Assembly: GCA_947629475.1 (NCBI GenBank) | Contig: CANRDV010000001.1 | Coordinates: 1-58,743, forward strand | Length of the DNA stretch: 58,743 bases | Origin: an uncultured Bacilli bacterium | Lineage (GTDB): Bacteria; Bacillota_I; Bacilli_A; RF39; UBA660 | Direction of reading: 5' to 3' | Shown: positions 1 through 9,898 of the stretch, piece by piece | How positions within the stretch are numbered: position 1 is the stretch's first letter | Layout: every line of letters starts with the position of its first letter | Made by a program: the position numbers and the translations under genes | Notes under the pieces: model-generated | Database searches by the model: none | What the model was told of the DNA's origin: nothing | Seen by the model: the letters and a program-made list of their open reading frames with translations, nothing else

Positions 1-175
1 CATTTTCATCAACTTCTTTCTATATCATTATAACATCTTTTTTTGAGTTTGTCTTGCTTTTTGGGGGCTAATCATACCATATTTTTTTTTGAAATTTTTA
101 AAATTATGTAAAATAATGTCTTTTTTCTTGATTATTAAAGTTATAGTCTTTATAATTAAGATAGAGGTGAAAAAA

Positions 176-1879
176 ATGAAAACAAATCCAAATGATACGA
201 AGTATAATTATATATTGAATAGTAATAAAGACTATATGGATTATACAGCTTTAAGTTTTATGGATAGAAAAATTACGTATGAAGAGATGCATGAGAGAAT
301 TAATCAATATGCAAAACTTTTATACAAGAAAGGAGTTAGAAAAGGAGATGTAATTGGAGTATGTGCTTTAAATACTCCTGAGTCTGTTTATTTATTATAT
401 GCTCTTGATATAATCGGAGCCGTTGTTGTTGGTTTTAGTCCACTTGTTAATAAAGAACAAATGGAAAGAGATATTTATTTAACGAAACCTAAGATGGTAA
501 TAACAGTTGATATGTTATATGGAAACTTTAAAGATGCTGAAAAGGCTTTGAATTTTTCAACTATATTATATCCTTTATTTGAATCATCAGACAATAAGGC
601 TTTAAAAGTTGCAGCAAAGGCTAAGCAAGTTTTAGATGGTAATTATAAATTATCTCGGGATAATAATTTAATGAGTCTTGCAAAAAGAACTTATGACTTT
701 GAAGTACCTAGAAATGCTTATACACCAGAAGAAGTAACTGATATCATGTTTACAAGTGGTTCATCTGGTATTCATAAGGGTGTTGATTTAGCAGGAGATG
801 GTTTAAATTATGTAGTTGATGGTATGAATGAAAGGTTTAAAATGTATCCTGGAGAAATCCATTTAGGAAATATTCCATTTGGTTCAATGGTTTTTGGAAG
901 AATGTTATTACATTATAGTTTAGCCAATAACTTAGAGTTTGCTTTAACTTTGAATGCAATGCCAAAGGATTTCTATACTGAACTTGCAAGGACTCATGCT
1001 CATGCTGCTGCTGGTGGACCACCTCACTGGGTATCTTTAACAGAACAAAAAGATGGAGAATTTGTTCTTAATAGTAACTTAAAGAAAGGAAGTCTTTCTA
1101 ATTTAAAATTTGCAACAAGTGGTGGTGAAGCAATTAAACCTAATACTATTAAGGCTATCAATGATGCTTTTGCATACTGTGGAAGTAAGGCAACTCTTGG
1201 AGATGGATTAGGAGCAACTGAAACTTGGGCAACTTCCATTGCTAGTAATGGAACAAATACTCCCGGAACTTTAGGATATCCCCTTTCAAGTTTGAAAGTT
1301 AAACTAGTAAATCCAGAAACTGGCGAAGAAGTAAAACAAGGGGAACCAGGATTACTATACTTATCAGGTCCATCTATTATGAAAGCTTATCACAATAATC
1401 CAGTTGAAACTGAAAAAGTTATGAGTGTTGATAAAGATGGTAGAAGATGGGTAAACTTAGGAGATTATTTAGTTCAAATTGAAACTGGTGAATACAAGTA
1501 TGTTGGAAGACAAAAGCGTAACTTTGTATCAGGTGTTGAAAATATCTATCCTGAAGAGTTAGAAGAATTAATTTCTGCAATGCCTGAAGTAAGGGATATA
1601 GTTGTAACTCCTATTTCTGATGAAATAAGACAATTTATTCCAAGATATCATATATCAATAAATGACCCAATGTTAGATACTGAAGAATTTGAAAGAAAAT
1701 TATTTACTTTAGTTCAAACTAAATTAAGTGATGCTTGGTTACCAGGTTATATTGAATACTATACTGAGCCATTAAAAAGAAATACAAGTTCAAAAATTGA
1801 TATAGCTTTCTATCGAAATAAAGATAAAGAAGATGTATTAAATGGAACTTTAAAAGGAAAAACAAAAATCTTAAAATAA
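176..1879 (+). CDS. AMP-dependent synthetase/ligase (adenylate-forming, acyl-CoA synthetase-like)
   Basis: ORF 89..1879. It carries the AMP-binding signature FTSGSSGIHKGV and a C-terminal GDY..GRQKRNF motif. Start moved to ATG 176, which follows a GAGGTGA ribosome-binding site. Confidence 0.8.
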   Translation: MKTNPNDTKYNYILNSNKDYMDYTALSFMDRKITYEEMHERINQYAKLLYKKGVRKGDVIGVCALNTPESVYLLYALDIIGAVVVGFSPLVNKEQMERDIYLTKPKMVITVDMLYGNFKDAEKALNFSTILYPLFESSDNKALKVAAKAKQVLDGNYKLSRDNNLMSLAKRTYDFEVPRNAYTPEEVTDIMFTSGSSGIHKGVDLAGDGLNYVVDGMNERFKMYPGEIHLGNIPFGSMVFGRMLLHYSLANNLEFALTLNAMPKDFYTELARTHAHAAAGGPPHWVSLTEQKDGEFVLNSNLKKGSLSNLKFATSGGEAIKPNTIKAINDAFAYCGSKATLGDGLGATETWATSIASNGTNTPGTLGYPLSSLKVKLVNPETGEEVKQGEPGLLYLSGPSIMKAYHNNPVETEKVMSVDKDGRRWVNLGDYLVQIETGEYKYVGRQKRNFVSGVENIYPEELEELISAMPEVRDIVVTPISDEIRQFIPRYHISINDPMLDTEEFERKLFTLVQTKLSDAWLPGYIEYYTEPLKRNTSSKIDIAFYRNKDKEDVLNGTLKGKTKILK

Positions 1880-1886
1880 ATTATTT

Positions 1887-1908
1887 GGAGCATATTGCTC
1901 CTTTTTTC
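1887..1908 (+). terminator. Rho-independent terminator
   Basis: GGAGCA-TAT-TGCTCC hairpin followed by T6, 8 nt after the stop codon. Confidence 0.6.
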
Positions 1909-1956
1909 TTTAAGTGATATAATATTAGAAGAGAATGAAATAAATGGAGGTATAAT

Positions 1957-3708
1957 ATGGGTGTATATTTTTCAATTAGTGCTTTATTATTCTTAATAGT
2001 ATTTGCAACTATCTTCTTCTTTAAAGGAAAGATTCAAAATAATGAAACAAAGATATATGGGAAGTTGTTATTAGTAACAATTATTGGATTAATTCTTGAA
2101 ATAGTAACTTGTGTTTGGTATCAAAATGGAGTAGATATCTCAAGTTTTGGTTATCAATTCGTATCTAAGGTAACTGCTTCTTATTACCTAGTCTGGAGTT
2201 ATTTAATGTGTAGTTACTCAATGGGAATTTGTAACTTTGATACTAAAAAGCAAAAAATAATCGCAAGAATATTTCCATTTATTTATGTTTTAGTTTTAAT
2301 CTTACCTATTGAATATACTGAATTACCATCAACTATTCTACCCGGAGGAATGTCTGTTAATTTAATATATCTTGTTTGTATAATATTTACATGTATAGAC
2401 TTTTACTTATGTATAAGATATAGAAAAGAAATAAATAAATCTAAATTTACTCCTTTATATGCATTTATTTTAATTGGAAGTATAAACTTTATCTTAACTT
2501 TCTGGTATCAAGAGTTATTCTTACTCGGATTTGTCTTTGCCCTTGTAACCTTTATCATGTATTTTACAATTGAAAACCCAGATGTTAAAATGATAACGGA
2601 ATTAAATAAAAACAGATTATTAGTTAATCAAGCTAATGAAGAAAAATCTAATTTCTTATTCTTAGCATCTAATCAAATAAAAGAACCAATTAAAAAAATT
2701 CAAGAGTTATCTCGTGATAGTGAAGATATTAAGGATATAAATGATTTACAAGAAGTAGTTAAAGAAATAAATAATTTATCTCATTCCTTATCTTATCAAG
2801 TTGAAAATGTAATGGATATATCTACTTTAACTAATAGTAATATTAAGATAATTGAAAATAAATATAACTTAAGTAATTTAATTGAAAAAGTTAGGTTACA
2901 AAAAGAAAAAAATATAAGTGATAAAGTTGATTTTAGAGTTAATATAAGTAAAAATATACCTAAGTATTTATATGGAGATTCAAAGTTATTAGAACAAATT
3001 GTCTCATCTATTTTAAATAATGCTATTAAGTATACAGATGAAGGATTTATTGAACTTAATGTTAATACAATTACCAAATATGATATGTGTAGACTAATTA
3101 TCGAAGTTGCCGATTCAGGACGTGGTATGTCAATTGATAAAGTAAATGATTTATTAATGCTTGATGAACCATTACTTGAAAAAGAACAACAAAGATTAGA
3201 AACAGGAGATGTTGATATTAATACAATTAAAAAAATAGTTTCTAAAATGGGTGGATATTTTACTATTAAAAGTGAAGAAGAACGTGGTAGTGAAGTAAAA
3301 ATAGTTATTGACCAAAAAATGGATATGGAAGGTAATATTGAATTTGATAAATATCTTGCTAAAGAAAAAGTTTTAGTTGCATCAAATAATATGAGTTTCT
3401 TGAATAGCCTAACTAAAATATTAAGAGAACATGGACTTGATGTTGAGACTTCAATGTATGCAAATGATGTTTTAGATAGAGTAAGAGTTCAAGAAGAGTT
3501 TTCTTATATCTTCTTAGATGATAGTTTAGATAAAAGAGCTTTAGAAGTTTTAAAAGAATTAAAGAAAAATCCTAAGTTTAAAACAAAAGTTATTGTAATG
3601 TTAGATAAAGATACAGAGTTTATTAAAGAACACTTTATTGAAGATGGTTTTAGTGATTATTTAATAAAAGATAAATTATTAGAAGAAGTTGATAGAATAT
3701 TAAAATAG
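1957..3708 (+). CDS. Membrane hybrid histidine-kinase-like protein with C-terminal receiver-like domain; catalytic residues degenerate
   Basis: Several N-terminal TM helices, N-box LNNAIKYT and G1 box DSGRGMS. The C-terminal 120 aa have a receiver-like pattern (IFLDD..DYLIKD). The H-box reads FLASNQIKEP, with no His. Confidence 0.7.
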   Translation: MGVYFSISALLFLIVFATIFFFKGKIQNNETKIYGKLLLVTIIGLILEIVTCVWYQNGVDISSFGYQFVSKVTASYYLVWSYLMCSYSMGICNFDTKKQKIIARIFPFIYVLVLILPIEYTELPSTILPGGMSVNLIYLVCIIFTCIDFYLCIRYRKEINKSKFTPLYAFILIGSINFILTFWYQELFLLGFVFALVTFIMYFTIENPDVKMITELNKNRLLVNQANEEKSNFLFLASNQIKEPIKKIQELSRDSEDIKDINDLQEVVKEINNLSHSLSYQVENVMDISTLTNSNIKIIENKYNLSNLIEKVRLQKEKNISDKVDFRVNISKNIPKYLYGDSKLLEQIVSSILNNAIKYTDEGFIELNVNTITKYDMCRLIIEVADSGRGMSIDKVNDLLMLDEPLLEKEQQRLETGDVDINTIKKIVSKMGGYFTIKSEEERGSEVKIVIDQKMDMEGNIEFDKYLAKEKVLVASNNMSFLNSLTKILREHGLDVETSMYANDVLDRVRVQEEFSYIFLDDSLDKRALEVLKELKKNPKFKTKVIVMLDKDTEFIKEHFIEDGFSDYLIKDKLLEEVDRILK

Positions 3709-3891
3709 TTTAGGTAACTAGACTATTTTTGTATATAAATAAATTACATTTGTTCAGCACAATTCCATAATAGATGTACAAATGTAGTGAATAAAAATAA
3801 GTAATGAAGAGAAATTATGTTTAAATTCTATTAAAAGCACCATTTTTGTATAGATTAATTTATTTTGGGCATTTTAATAATGGTGATATGT

Positions 3892-4602
3892 ATGGTTAAA
3901 GATATCTTAATGATGGCTTTGAAAGGTAGTATTGCAGTTGTTTATTTATTTTTAGTAGTTAAGATTTTAGGTAAAAAACAGATAAGCGAACTTAATATAT
4001 TTGATTATATCATAGGACTTTCCCTTGGTAATATTGCAGCTGAGATGACAGTTAACAAGAGTATTCCTATTTTAGGGGGACTTATATCCATGACTGTTTA
4101 TGGTTTATTTTCTTTATTAGTTTCTTATTTAAATGAGAAAAGTATTATATCAAGAAGATTTATAACTGGGTTTCCGATTGTGATTATTAAAGATGGTAAG
4201 ATAAGTCGTGAACAATTAAAAAGATGCAAGATAGATGTTAATGACTTACTTCAAGATGCAAGAGAATCAGGTTACTTTGATATATCTGAGATTAACTATG
4301 CCGTGATGGAACCAAGTGGTAAAGTAAGTTTCTTACCAAAAGCGAAATATACGCCGGCAACTCCATCGGATTTAAAATTAAAAGTAAGTGAAAAAACATT
4401 ATCTTATAATTTAATAATCGATGGAGTAATTATCAAAGATTCTTTAAAAGCTGTTAAACATGATGAATCTTGGCTTCGGACTAGACTTGATAAAGAGGGC
4501 TATCAAGATATATCTAATTTATTATTAGTAACCATTGATAATAAAGAAAAACTAACAATTTATAAAAGTGATGAGAAATTTAATAATGATGTTTTAGAAT
4601 AG
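3892..4602 (+). CDS. DUF421/YetF-like membrane protein
   Basis: ORF 3865..4602 with two or three N-terminal TM helices and a soluble C-terminal half typical of YetF-like proteins. Start moved to the ATG at codon 10. Confidence 0.5.
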   Translation: MVKDILMMALKGSIAVVYLFLVVKILGKKQISELNIFDYIIGLSLGNIAAEMTVNKSIPILGGLISMTVYGLFSLLVSYLNEKSIISRRFITGFPIVIIKDGKISREQLKRCKIDVNDLLQDARESGYFDISEINYAVMEPSGKVSFLPKAKYTPATPSDLKLKVSEKTLSYNLIIDGVIIKDSLKAVKHDESWLRTRLDKEGYQDISNLLLVTIDNKEKLTIYKSDEKFNNDVLE

Positions 4603-4671
4603 GAGCAATCCTATTTTTTTGAATTTAACATATAATTTAATGAAAAAATATAAAAAATTTAAGAAAATTAA

Positions 4672-4700
4672 TTGCCAAATTAAGTTAAATATGTTATATT
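4672..4700 (+). promoter_or_regulatory. Sigma-A type promoter for rpsF-ssb-rpsR
   Basis: TTGCCA, 17-nt spacer, TGtTATATT (extended -10), about 75 nt upstream of rpsF. A bulged hairpin GGCTCTT/AAGAGTCC at about 4735-4750 lies in the leader. Confidence 0.5.
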
Positions 4701-4776
4701 ATGTACGAAGTAAATTAATTACTTCAACTTTCTTGGCTCTTTAAGAGTCCGTAAGTCCAAAAGGAGGTGTAGATAA

Positions 4777-5064
4777 ATGCGTAAATATGAAGTGATGTTT
4801 GTAGTTAAACCAACTCTTGAGGAAGGTGCTACATTAGCAGTCGTAGAAAGCATGAAAAAAGTTCTTGAAGATAAGGGTGCTAAAATCAAAGCTCAAAAAA
4901 ATATGGGGAAAAAAGAATTAGCATATGAAGTTAAAGACTTCAAAGTAGGTAATTACTTTTTATTTGTGGTTGAATCAGAACCAAAAGCAGTTCAAGAGTT
5001 TTCAAGAGTTGCAAACATTAATGAAGATATAATTAGACATATCGTCGTTAAAGTAGAAGAATAG
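4777..5064 (+). CDS. rpsF: 30S ribosomal protein S6
   Basis: 95-aa protein MRKYEVMFVVKP... typical of S6, strong GGAGGTG RBS, rpsF-ssb-rpsR synteny. Confidence 0.95.
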   Translation: MRKYEVMFVVKPTLEEGATLAVVESMKKVLEDKGAKIKAQKNMGKKELAYEVKDFKVGNYFLFVVESEPKAVQEFSRVANINEDIIRHIVVKVEE

Positions 5065-5074
5065 GAGTAATTTT

Positions 5075-5602
5075 ATGAACAAAGTATTTTTAGTAGGTAG
5101 ATTAGCAAGAGATCCAGATTTAAGATATTCAGCTAATAATACCCCAATTATGAGATGTGCTATTGCTGTTAGTAGAACAATGCCAAATCAAAATGGAGAA
5201 AGAGAAGCTGATTTCATTAATATCTTAGCTTTTAATAATCGTGCTGAAACAATGAAAAAATATTTAAGTAAAGGAAGTCAAATTGCTATTTCAGGTCAAA
5301 TAAGAACAGGTTCTTATGATGCTCAAGATGGAACTAAGAGATATACAACGGAAGTTTTGATTGATGAATTTCAATTCTTAGATTCAAAGGGTGCAAGAGA
5401 TGCAGATGGTGGATATAATCAATTTGCAGGTCAAACACCAGCCCAAGCCCCAGTGAATACTTCTCCTAGTACATCAAGTAGTGATATAACACCATATGAT
5501 TTTGCAGATACATCTGTTGCTTCTAATGACACTACAGAATCAGACCCATTCAAAGATTTTGGTGACAGTATTGAAATAAACGATAGTGATTTACCTTTCT
5601 AG
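5075..5602 (+). CDS. ssb: Single-stranded DNA-binding protein
   Basis: OB-fold N-terminus MNKVFLVGRLARDPDLRY and acidic C-terminal tip DSDLPF. Confidence 0.95.
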   Translation: MNKVFLVGRLARDPDLRYSANNTPIMRCAIAVSRTMPNQNGEREADFINILAFNNRAETMKKYLSKGSQIAISGQIRTGSYDAQDGTKRYTTEVLIDEFQFLDSKGARDADGGYNQFAGQTPAQAPVNTSPSTSSSDITPYDFADTSVASNDTTESDPFKDFGDSIEINDSDLPF

Positions 5603-5614
5603 AAGGAGGATTAA

Positions 5615-5836
5615 ATGGCAGAATTTTATAGAAAAAAGAAAAAAGTTTGTTATATGTGTACAACTGGTAAAGATATCAATTATAAAGATGTAGAAATTTT
5701 AAGAAAATACATTAATGATAAAGGAAAAATATTACCAAGACGTGTAACAGGTGCTTGTGCTAAACATCAAAGACATATTGCAGAACAAATTAAAAAGGCA
5801 AGAGCAATCGCTTTATTACCATATACAAATAAATAA
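5615..5836 (+). CDS. rpsR: 30S ribosomal protein S18
   Basis: 73 aa, KKVCYMC..INYKDVEILRKYI..GKILPRRVTG motif of S18. Confidence 0.95.
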   Translation: MAEFYRKKKKVCYMCTTGKDINYKDVEILRKYINDKGKILPRRVTGACAKHQRHIAEQIKKARAIALLPYTNK

Positions 5837-5837
5837 A

Positions 5838-5868
5838 ATAGAAAATTTACTAATTTCTATTTTTTTTT
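5838..5868 (+). terminator. Rho-independent terminator of the rpsF operon
   Basis: ATAGAAAAT..ATTTCTAT hairpin followed by T8. Confidence 0.5.
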
Positions 5869-5917
5869 ATCCAAATTTATGGTATTATATTACTATAAAG
5901 AATAGAGGATAGAGATT

Positions 5918-7348
5918 ATGAATGAATTAAATGAATTATTTTTAAAATATCAAAATGTTTTAGAAAAAACTAATAATTATTTAGAAGACTTTTTAACTAA
6001 CTTTCCAGAGTTAGATTTAAGTGGTGATATACTTAGTCAAATTACCAAAGATAAATTAAAAAGATTAGAATATATGATTCCTAAATTAGAATTAACTAGT
6101 CAAGAAACTTCGATGGTAAAAGATATTTTTGATTATTATTATCGCAATTCAGACCTTAATCTTTCAGATTTAATAATTCAAGATGAAAGTTATAATAATT
6201 TTATTCAATTTATAAAAAATATCTATCTTAAAGCTTTAAAATATAAAAAAGATGTAACAACTAAATTAGAATTTGAACGAAAAAAATATCAAGGTTTAAT
6301 CGAAAATATAAAACATATTCAAGAATTACTTAACAATGATAAAGAAATAGATATTAAACTTTTAGTTAGTTATTTAAAAGAATTACCTTTAACAAGAGAT
6401 TCAATTTTAGAAATAACAACGATGGTTTTAGAAAAGAATTTAAGACTTTATCAAAAAATAAAAGTTACTAAAGAAGTAGAAGAGGAAGAAGAAACTTTTG
6501 AAGAGGAAAAACTAGAAATTGATGAAGAAATAGATTATAAAAGTATCTTAAATATTTATCCTAGAAAATTAGATGATTTTATTAATAAAATTGAAAGAGA
6601 TAATAATTATCAAGATGAAAAATATGAGACTTTAGCTAAATTAGTAGTTTTAAGGGATAAATTAAATGAAGTTAAACAAGATTATGAATTTAGTATGGAA
6701 GACCCTGAATATTTTAAAAATGATATACCTGAAATATTAGCCAGAATAAGAAAAATTTCTAATGATATAGATGATACGATTGATGAATATTTAAATGCAA
6801 CTTTAGAAGAGAATATCGAAAGTGAAAAGGAACCAGTTCGGGATTTAATTATTTTAAATCCTAGTTTAAAAGATTTAGATATTTTTAAAAAGGGAATTTG
6901 TTCAAGTATAATTTCCAAGAACTTAAATAAATTAATACATAGTTTAAGATATGATGAAGTATTATATGGAATGCCAACTTGGTTTGAAGCCCAAACTCCC
7001 GTTATGAAACTAAAAGCATCGAGAACTACGGGAGGAACTCCTAGGTTATTTTATCAATTAATAGATAAAGATAAAGCTGTTGTTTTAATGCTTGGAATAG
7101 AGGGTAAAAGTGATTATACTTACTTTAAACAAAGTGTAGAAAGTAGAATACATGGTAATGAATATAATCAATTAGTTAAAGCTATTAGACTAGGAGCTGA
7201 TAAACCTAATGAGGTTAGTCCTTATAACTCTCAAATGACTAATAAAGCCTATTTAGATTCGATTATGTTATATTATAAAAATTTAGAAACAGAGTTTTTA
7301 GAAAAATTCAAAACAGAATGCTATGCTGATTCTATGAATGTGAGGTGA
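5918..7348 (+). CDS. Hypothetical coiled-coil protein with possible RelE/ParE(Gp49)-like C-terminal module
   Basis: 476-aa ORF with RBS. The C-terminal stretch KLKASRTTGGTPRLFYQLIDKDKAVVLMLGIEGK resembles the beta-strand pattern of RelE/HigB/Gp49-type toxins. This is pattern recognition only. Confidence 0.6.
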   Translation: MNELNELFLKYQNVLEKTNNYLEDFLTNFPELDLSGDILSQITKDKLKRLEYMIPKLELTSQETSMVKDIFDYYYRNSDLNLSDLIIQDESYNNFIQFIKNIYLKALKYKKDVTTKLEFERKKYQGLIENIKHIQELLNNDKEIDIKLLVSYLKELPLTRDSILEITTMVLEKNLRLYQKIKVTKEVEEEEETFEEEKLEIDEEIDYKSILNIYPRKLDDFINKIERDNNYQDEKYETLAKLVVLRDKLNEVKQDYEFSMEDPEYFKNDIPEILARIRKISNDIDDTIDEYLNATLEENIESEKEPVRDLIILNPSLKDLDIFKKGICSSIISKNLNKLIHSLRYDEVLYGMPTWFEAQTPVMKLKASRTTGGTPRLFYQLIDKDKAVVLMLGIEGKSDYTYFKQSVESRIHGNEYNQLVKAIRLGADKPNEVSPYNSQMTNKAYLDSIMLYYKNLETEFLEKFKTECYADSMNVR

Positions 7349-7353
7349 ACTAG

Positions 7354-8988
7354 ATGTTACTTGAATTAATAAAAAGTTATAGATTAAGAATTGAAGAATT
7401 AAAAAAGCAAGGTTTACAAGGAGAAAGAGCCTTTTTACTAGCTACTAATCTTCAAGATAAAAGTAAATTTAATACTGTTGATATAAATGAATTATTAGAT
7501 TTACTTAAAGTTTCTCAATATGAAACCTTTCCTTTAAATAAAGTAGGAACAACAATTGATTATATTAGAAGAAATAATTTATTTGAAAAAGATGAATATA
7601 AACCTCTTTTAACAAGTGTAATATCTAGTTTAAAAAAATTAAAGATAGAAGGATTTAATCAAGATGAAATTGATAAGTTATTAAATAGAATAGGTAAATT
7701 AGAAAAAAGTATTGAGGCTAAGGATTTATTTATAACAGATTTTCCTTTAATTAATAGAATAATCAAAGAAAGTAACTTAGCACCTATTGATATATATAAT
7801 ATTATGTTAGAAATAGATAATTTAAATAAAAAAACTTTAGGAGTAGATAATTTAGATAAACATACTTTAGTTATTAAATTATTAAATAAATATGGATATA
7901 AATCTAATTTAACAGAATATGAAGAAAGTTTACTTGAAACAATTAATATATCTGAATTAGAAGAAAAATTAGAGTTTATTAAAGGAATAAATGAATATGA
8001 ATTTTTATATAATCCTTTAGAACATCATAGAATAACAACTATTTTATTAGCACCCCTTAAGAATATTAAAAATATCTATGAACTTGCAATGAATAGTAAT
8101 TTAAGTTTAGATAGTATCTTTGGCATATTTTATTTTAGTAAAGATTATAAATTACCAGATGTTAATACTCCTAAAGATTATTATTATCAATTATTTGAAG
8201 GTGCTTATGAAACATTTATTAATAATTCAAGATTATTACTTGCAATGCAATGTGATTTAAAAGAGGCTTATGAAAATAGCAGTGCTTTATTCTATATGCC
8301 TACAAGAAAGTTAGAAACTAATAAAGTAACATTAGATACTTATAATATACCAACTTCTATTCCTAATGTTCTTACTAGTTGTGAAGATGATAATACAAGT
8401 CTTGAAACTCAAATAGATAAATTCATTGAAGTAGGATTATATGATTATATAAAGAAATATCCTCAAACTTTATTAAATAAAGATAAGGCTTTATTCCATC
8501 GAATTTACTATGCAAGAAAAAATAATTTACCAATTAAGAAAAAATATTTATTAAGAACTATAACTTCTATAAATGGTTATTCAATAAATGAAGAGAATTA
8601 TCAAGATAAAGTAGAAACTTATAATAATCCTCTATTTGTAAATAATTTTTATCAAGAAAATACTGAAGATATAGATATAAGTTCAATTCTTAATGTATTA
8701 GATACTAATTATTTAAAAGAAGATAATGTTTATATGATAGAAAATACTTATATTTCAAGAAATAAAGTAATTAGATTATTAAAAAGATTTATAAATGGTA
8801 ATAACAATATGGAAATATTATTATATTCTATTTTAAATGGTGTATTATTAGATAAAGAAACATTTGATAAAATAGCAAGAGATGTTTTAGATAAATCATT
8901 AGAAAATAATTTAACTAATATTGATGAAGTCAATGATACATTACTTAAATTAAATATAAATAGTATAGGTAAGGTGAATAGAATATGA
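7354..8988 (+). CDS. Hypothetical protein (544 aa)
   Basis: Long ORF starting 6 nt after the previous stop. No motif recognised. Helical repeat-like segments. Confidence 0.6.
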   Translation: MLLELIKSYRLRIEELKKQGLQGERAFLLATNLQDKSKFNTVDINELLDLLKVSQYETFPLNKVGTTIDYIRRNNLFEKDEYKPLLTSVISSLKKLKIEGFNQDEIDKLLNRIGKLEKSIEAKDLFITDFPLINRIIKESNLAPIDIYNIMLEIDNLNKKTLGVDNLDKHTLVIKLLNKYGYKSNLTEYEESLLETINISELEEKLEFIKGINEYEFLYNPLEHHRITTILLAPLKNIKNIYELAMNSNLSLDSIFGIFYFSKDYKLPDVNTPKDYYYQLFEGAYETFINNSRLLLAMQCDLKEAYENSSALFYMPTRKLETNKVTLDTYNIPTSIPNVLTSCEDDNTSLETQIDKFIEVGLYDYIKKYPQTLLNKDKALFHRIYYARKNNLPIKKKYLLRTITSINGYSINEENYQDKVETYNNPLFVNNFYQENTEDIDISSILNVLDTNYLKEDNVYMIENTYISRNKVIRLLKRFINGNNNMEILLYSILNGVLLDKETFDKIARDVLDKSLENNLTNIDEVNDTLLKLNINSIGKVNRI

Positions 8989-9281
8989 ATATTTTAGAAG
9001 AATATGTAAATAAAAATATAATAGAAAAAATAAAGAATAGATATAATAAAAAAACTTTATTTAATATTATGGAAAGAGAATCTAATACAAGAGATATTTT
9101 AAATTACTTTAAGGAATTAGGTTTAGATATCGAAACTATTGTTCTTAATAGATTAGATTTATTATTACTTGATTATAAATATTTAAAAAAGAATATAAGT
9201 GATTATCAACAAGATTTAATAATACCAGCTTTAATAGATGATATATCTAATTTAGATTATATTTTAGATAGTAATGGATAA
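8985..9281 (+). CDS. Hypothetical protein (98 aa)
   Basis: ATGA start/stop overlap with the preceding ORF, suggesting translational coupling. Confidence 0.5.
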   Translation: MNILEEYVNKNIIEKIKNRYNKKTLFNIMERESNTRDILNYFKELGLDIETIVLNRLDLLLLDYKYLKKNISDYQQDLIIPALIDDISNLDYILDSNG

Positions 9282-9322
9282 GTAATGGAACTATAATACT
9301 ATCAAATGTGTTACGTATTAGT

Positions 9323-9351
9323 TTGACAAATATTATTTTTTGTGGTAATAT
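9323..9351 (+). promoter_or_regulatory. Near-consensus sigma-A promoter
   Basis: TTGACA, 17-nt spacer, TGgTAATAT (extended -10). Confidence 0.6.
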
Positions 9352-9357
9352 TTAGTT

Positions 9358-9427
9358 ATGGAAGTGAAACGCTTCGGGGTACGTTGTATAGCGTACGGTT
9401 AGGATGGCTTAGTCGTCCTTTTCTTTT
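9358..9427 (+). ncRNA. Candidate structured leader or small RNA ending in an intrinsic terminator
   Basis: About 70 nt and locally GC-rich in an AT-rich genome. Three hairpins are visible: GAAG/CTTC, GTACG/CGTAC, and AGGATG/CGTCCT followed by TTTCTTTT. Confidence 0.4.
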
Positions 9428-9452
9428 GAAAATAAAATAATAAGAGGTGAAT

Positions 9453-9791
9453 ATGTTGGTTGATGATTTAAAATATAAAAGTGAATTTGGTAGTAATTAT
9501 GGAAGGTATCAAGATGGATATAGAGTAGTGTATTTTTATCAAGGTAATACTTATAAAGTGGGAACTTTTTCGGGAACCATAGAAGGATTTATGATGGATT
9601 TTGTAGAAATAGAGCCAATTGAAGATGAAAACGATATACCTGATTTTTTTTCTATTGATGATTTATTAAATAGGTATTTATTTGATGTTAAAGATGCTAT
9701 AGCAGTAGCAATTTATAAAACAGATGGTACTTGTATTCAAAAAAAGGAAAGGGAAAATATAAATACAATTCAAGGAAATGTTAGAAAATAA
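9453..9791 (+). CDS. Hypothetical protein (112 aa)
   Basis: ORF 9447..9791. ATG at 9453 lies 5 nt after an AAGAGG RBS. Confidence 0.5.
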   Translation: MLVDDLKYKSEFGSNYGRYQDGYRVVYFYQGNTYKVGTFSGTIEGFMMDFVEIEPIEDENDIPDFFSIDDLLNRYLFDVKDAIAVAIYKTDGTCIQKKERENINTIQGNVRK

Positions 9792-9898
9792 GGCATTTCT
9801 TTTTTAATATATTAAAATTAATTTATAAATTCTTTGTTGATTGATTTACAAGACTACTATTTTAATGGTATAATATCTATAGTTATAAAGGAGGTTTT

